Assembly (NCBI GenBank): GCA_025603075.1
Contig: MU626289.1
Span: 84,086 to 148,085 of the forward strand
Direction: 5' to 3'
Source: Neoconidiobolus thromboides FSU 785
Taxonomy: Eukaryota; Fungi; Entomophthoromycota
DNA: 64,000 bases
Shown in pieces: positions 61,015-64,000 of this stretch. The position numbers were made by a program, and so were the translations under genes. The notes beneath the pieces are model-generated. The model had not been told where the DNA came from. It did not search any database and saw nothing but the letters and a program-made list of their open reading frames with translations. How positions within the stretch are numbered: position 1 is the stretch's first letter; each line of letters starts with the position of its first letter.

Positions 61015-62347
61015 ATGGAATTTGGCTTATCACAGGATATTGTTCCAGAGATACCGGGCCAAACTCTAGGTAGAGACTTCGAAAAAGAGCTTAGAGGAGA
61101 GGTTGGTAGCTTATTTAATATTAAACCAGAAAGGTAAGATTTTTTCGAACATTTTTTATAAAAACTAACATCTATTAGATTTCCTGGTAAATAATATATA
61201 AAATATTTAACAACATTTAACATGAATAGGCGCTCAACCTGTTAGTTTTACCCTTGAACATTTACAAGAGTTAAAAGAAACTGATTATTTTGTATGTGAA
61301 AAATCAGATGGCGTAAGATGTCTTCTGTTTACAAGAATCAATCCCAAGACCAAGCGCCCTGAAACTTTCCTTGTAATCTTAATTAATTAAAATTCTATTA
61401 TAGCTAAAACTTCATTAAAGATAGACAGAAAGAATAAATATCGATATCTTCATGATATCCATATACCCTTGCCTAACTGTGAGAATAATGGTCCTTTCCA
61501 AGACAAAACAATTATAGATGGTGAACTCGTTTATGATATTGAAAAAGACGGAAAAAGAGTATTAAAATATTTAGCGTTTGATTTACTGTCTTTCCAAGGA
61601 AAAGTGTTAATACAAAGGGGTTTAGAAAAAAGGCAAGGATATTTAAGGACTAATGTCGTTAAGCCTTTTCTAAAAAGAGCCACTCAATTGAATGTCTTAG
61701 ACAAATTGACTATAATAATTGAGGCCAAAGTTATGGAATTATCATATGGAATGATTAAAATATTGAAAGAACAAGTACCAACTTTAAAACATAAATCGGA
61801 TGGGTTAATTTTTACATCAGTAAATGCCCCTTATACCTTAGGCACCTGCTCAACTATGTTAAAGTGGAAGCCCCCCAATGAAAATTCAGTGGATTTTAAA
61901 CTACATATTGAAGTTCAAAGCCCTTCTACTCCACCAAGGTTTCTTTTATCAATTTGGAAAGGAGGGTCCGAATATCAACAAGTGGATGAGATGGGGGTTT
62001 CAGATTCTGAACTTAAATTTTTCAAAACTCACTTTGGAAGTGATTTTAAAAAACGAATGGAAGGGAAAATTGTAGAAGTAATCTATGATCCAGATAATTG
62101 TCCACCTTGTAAATGGAAGTTTATGCGTTTTAGGGATGATAAAGAACATGCAAATCATTCAAGTGTCCTTGATAAAATATTGAAATCTATATCAGATAAC
62201 GTTGATGAAGAAAAAGTAAGTTGAGAAATAATTTTAAATTTACACAATAATAATGTGACTTGTTAGCTCAATGAAGAGCACTTCGATATTCGTGCTAGAT
62301 GGAAAGAAAGAGATGGAAAGAAAGAGAAAGAAACAACTACATGTTAA
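61015..62347 (+). CDS. CEG1: mRNA capping enzyme guanylyltransferase (alpha subunit), multi-exon including an 8 nt micro-exon
   Basis: RFPGAQPVSF; motif I EKSDGVR; IIDGELV; YLAFD; SDGLIFT; LKWKP; [14 protein letters not shown]. Confidence 0.95.
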
Positions 62348-62958
62348 AACCAAACATGGTGCTACCAAGTAATTATTTGATGCCTTCTCCAGTTAAGAGA
62401 TTGTAATCCCATTAATATAATCTATTAGTTGAATAATATATATTAAAAAGTATCAAAGTAACTATTGTACTAATCGCTTTTTAAAGAAATGATATAAGAA
62501 TTATCTAGAAAATTTAGCATTAAAAATATTTTAATCAATAGGATAAAATCAATAAAACCTTCTAATGTTTGTTTTTATATTTTAATTCGAGCGTTTTACT
62601 ATTATTTATATAATAATAACAAAAGCGTAAATAAAGGTACCAACTTAATGGGGCTTGTAAGAAATTTAAATATTGATATTAATAATAAATTCTTTGTAGT
62701 CTGTTTAATAAAAAATAAAGTCTGTGTTTATGAAATTAATTTAGATGTATAATTATTAAGTTTATATTTTATTTGGACGAAAAATATTTAATATTAAAAA
62801 ATATATAAAAATATTTGAATTAATTTTTAAATTTGTAGATCTTTACAATATAATTAAATTTAAAAGTTTAGGTTAAAATTTTTAAAAACTTATTTCAATT
62901 GTCTTATTTTTTATGTTTTATATTGTTTTGCTTTATTTTTTATTAAAATAAAAACAAA

Positions 62959-63062
62959 ATGGGGATGTTTTTTTGATTTCATTACTTTTTCGATTTTTTA
63001 AGCGCTATTTGAGCGAAAAGATTGTTAGTAAAATTCTTAAACACAAAAATACATCCCCATAT
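62959..63062 (-). mobile_element. ~105 bp MITE-like repeat, copy P
   Basis: atggggatgtttttttgatttcattac..aagcgctatttgagcgaaaagattgttagtaaaattcttaaacacaaaaatacatccccatat. Confidence 0.9.
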
Positions 63063-64000
63063 AGTTATACAAATACACTTATTTGACTTTATTTTTGTTG
63101 AAATAAAAATAAAATGCAGACTTTTATAACTAAACTTCAAAATGTATAAAATTAGTGCTTTGAGGGAAACAGGAAATGAAAATCAATAAGTACCATTATT
63201 GTCAACTAATATAGTTTCAGTATATGGGGTTGTCTGTATTAGTTTCATTATTTATCCAATTTTTGAAAAAAAAATTGTATTTTAAAAATTTCGCTTAAAA
63301 TTCTATAAAATCATATCTTTTATTAAAACAAAAGTACCCAGACACAGTTCTAAATCATTCTATTATAGTTCATACTGTAAGTTAGTTGAATTTCTACTAG
63401 ATCTTAAATACATATTCTTATAAAGCTTAATTGAGAAATATTTATTATTAACTGCTTTATAACCAACATTGTAGATTTATTATCAAGTAAATAATCTATT
63501 TTAATGTTATAATTACATTATTAATATATTGCCAAGTTAATAAATAGCTGGATGGGAGGGAGTGATTAGCCCCAAAATTATAATTAACCATCCCTATATA
63601 GTACAAGTAATAATAGTTTTTACATATTATTACAGTTACTTGTTCTTTGACTATTCATTAACCTAGCTATTAATAACTTAAGTAATCTTGACATTTAATA
63701 ATCTATTTCTATCATTCAACAAACTACTTACTTGCTTAGTAAATATCGAAAATTTTAAATTCTCTGTTATCTTCGTAAGGTAAGCTGGGATTGGTCTTTT
63801 AATTTTTCTGTTTTCTATAGACTCTATAACTCTAATTGGAACTATATCGCTTTTTTTTTGATGTATCGGATACTGGATAACAATGTAGTTTATTGTTATG
63901 CTTGATAAAGTGTAAATACTTCTTAATGCCCTGCATCTCTATTATTCTTTTTGTATTTTTGTTTCTTTTATACTTTTTAAAAATTATATCTGTTTTCCCA

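Noticed and set aside
63549-63570. Purine tract GGATGGGAGGGAG followed by TG (PPT/LTR-like)
   Set aside because: No second LTR, PBS or gag/pol on that strand.

Overview
Very AT-rich eukaryotic DNA with very short (about 43-70 nt, occasionally ~100 nt) GT-AG introns. Gene content and composition point to an early-diverging fungus, probably Entomophthoromycota/Conidiobolus-like (inference). About 24 protein-coding genes can be supported. Intron-rich genes, mostly housekeeping: NT5DC-type nucleotidase, a DAP1/DAPL1-like protein, a REX1-B-like protein, UTP6, PRP6, CCDC25/Jlp2, a WW/FF protein, a class IV aminotransferase, MTHFR, PNS1, SHP1/p47, an SZRD1-like protein, CEG1 and an unknown membrane protein. 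Intronless genes: two Pho85-type cyclins, a ZIP zinc transporter, a DUF2236/MpaB-like oxygenase, a RING protein, mitochondrial L2, a small secreted 6-Cys peptide and three paralogues sharing a truncated fungal transcription-factor 'middle homology' module, only one of which keeps a Zn2Cys6 domain. Intergenic DNA carries a ~105 bp MITE-like repeat family (about 12 full and several partial copies) and two long foldback hairpins. I saw no tRNA, rRNA, snRNA or CRISPR array. Best leads: (1) DNA-binding-domain-less paralogues of a mini Zn2Cys6 factor, (2) a fungal DAP1-like candidate ribosome-dormancy factor that the ORF track misses, (3) a repeated 18 bp ZRE-like element upstream of the ZIP transporter, (4) the secreted Cys-rich peptide, (5) the MITE family and its inverted pairs. 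All homology calls come from recalled motifs; no database search was run.
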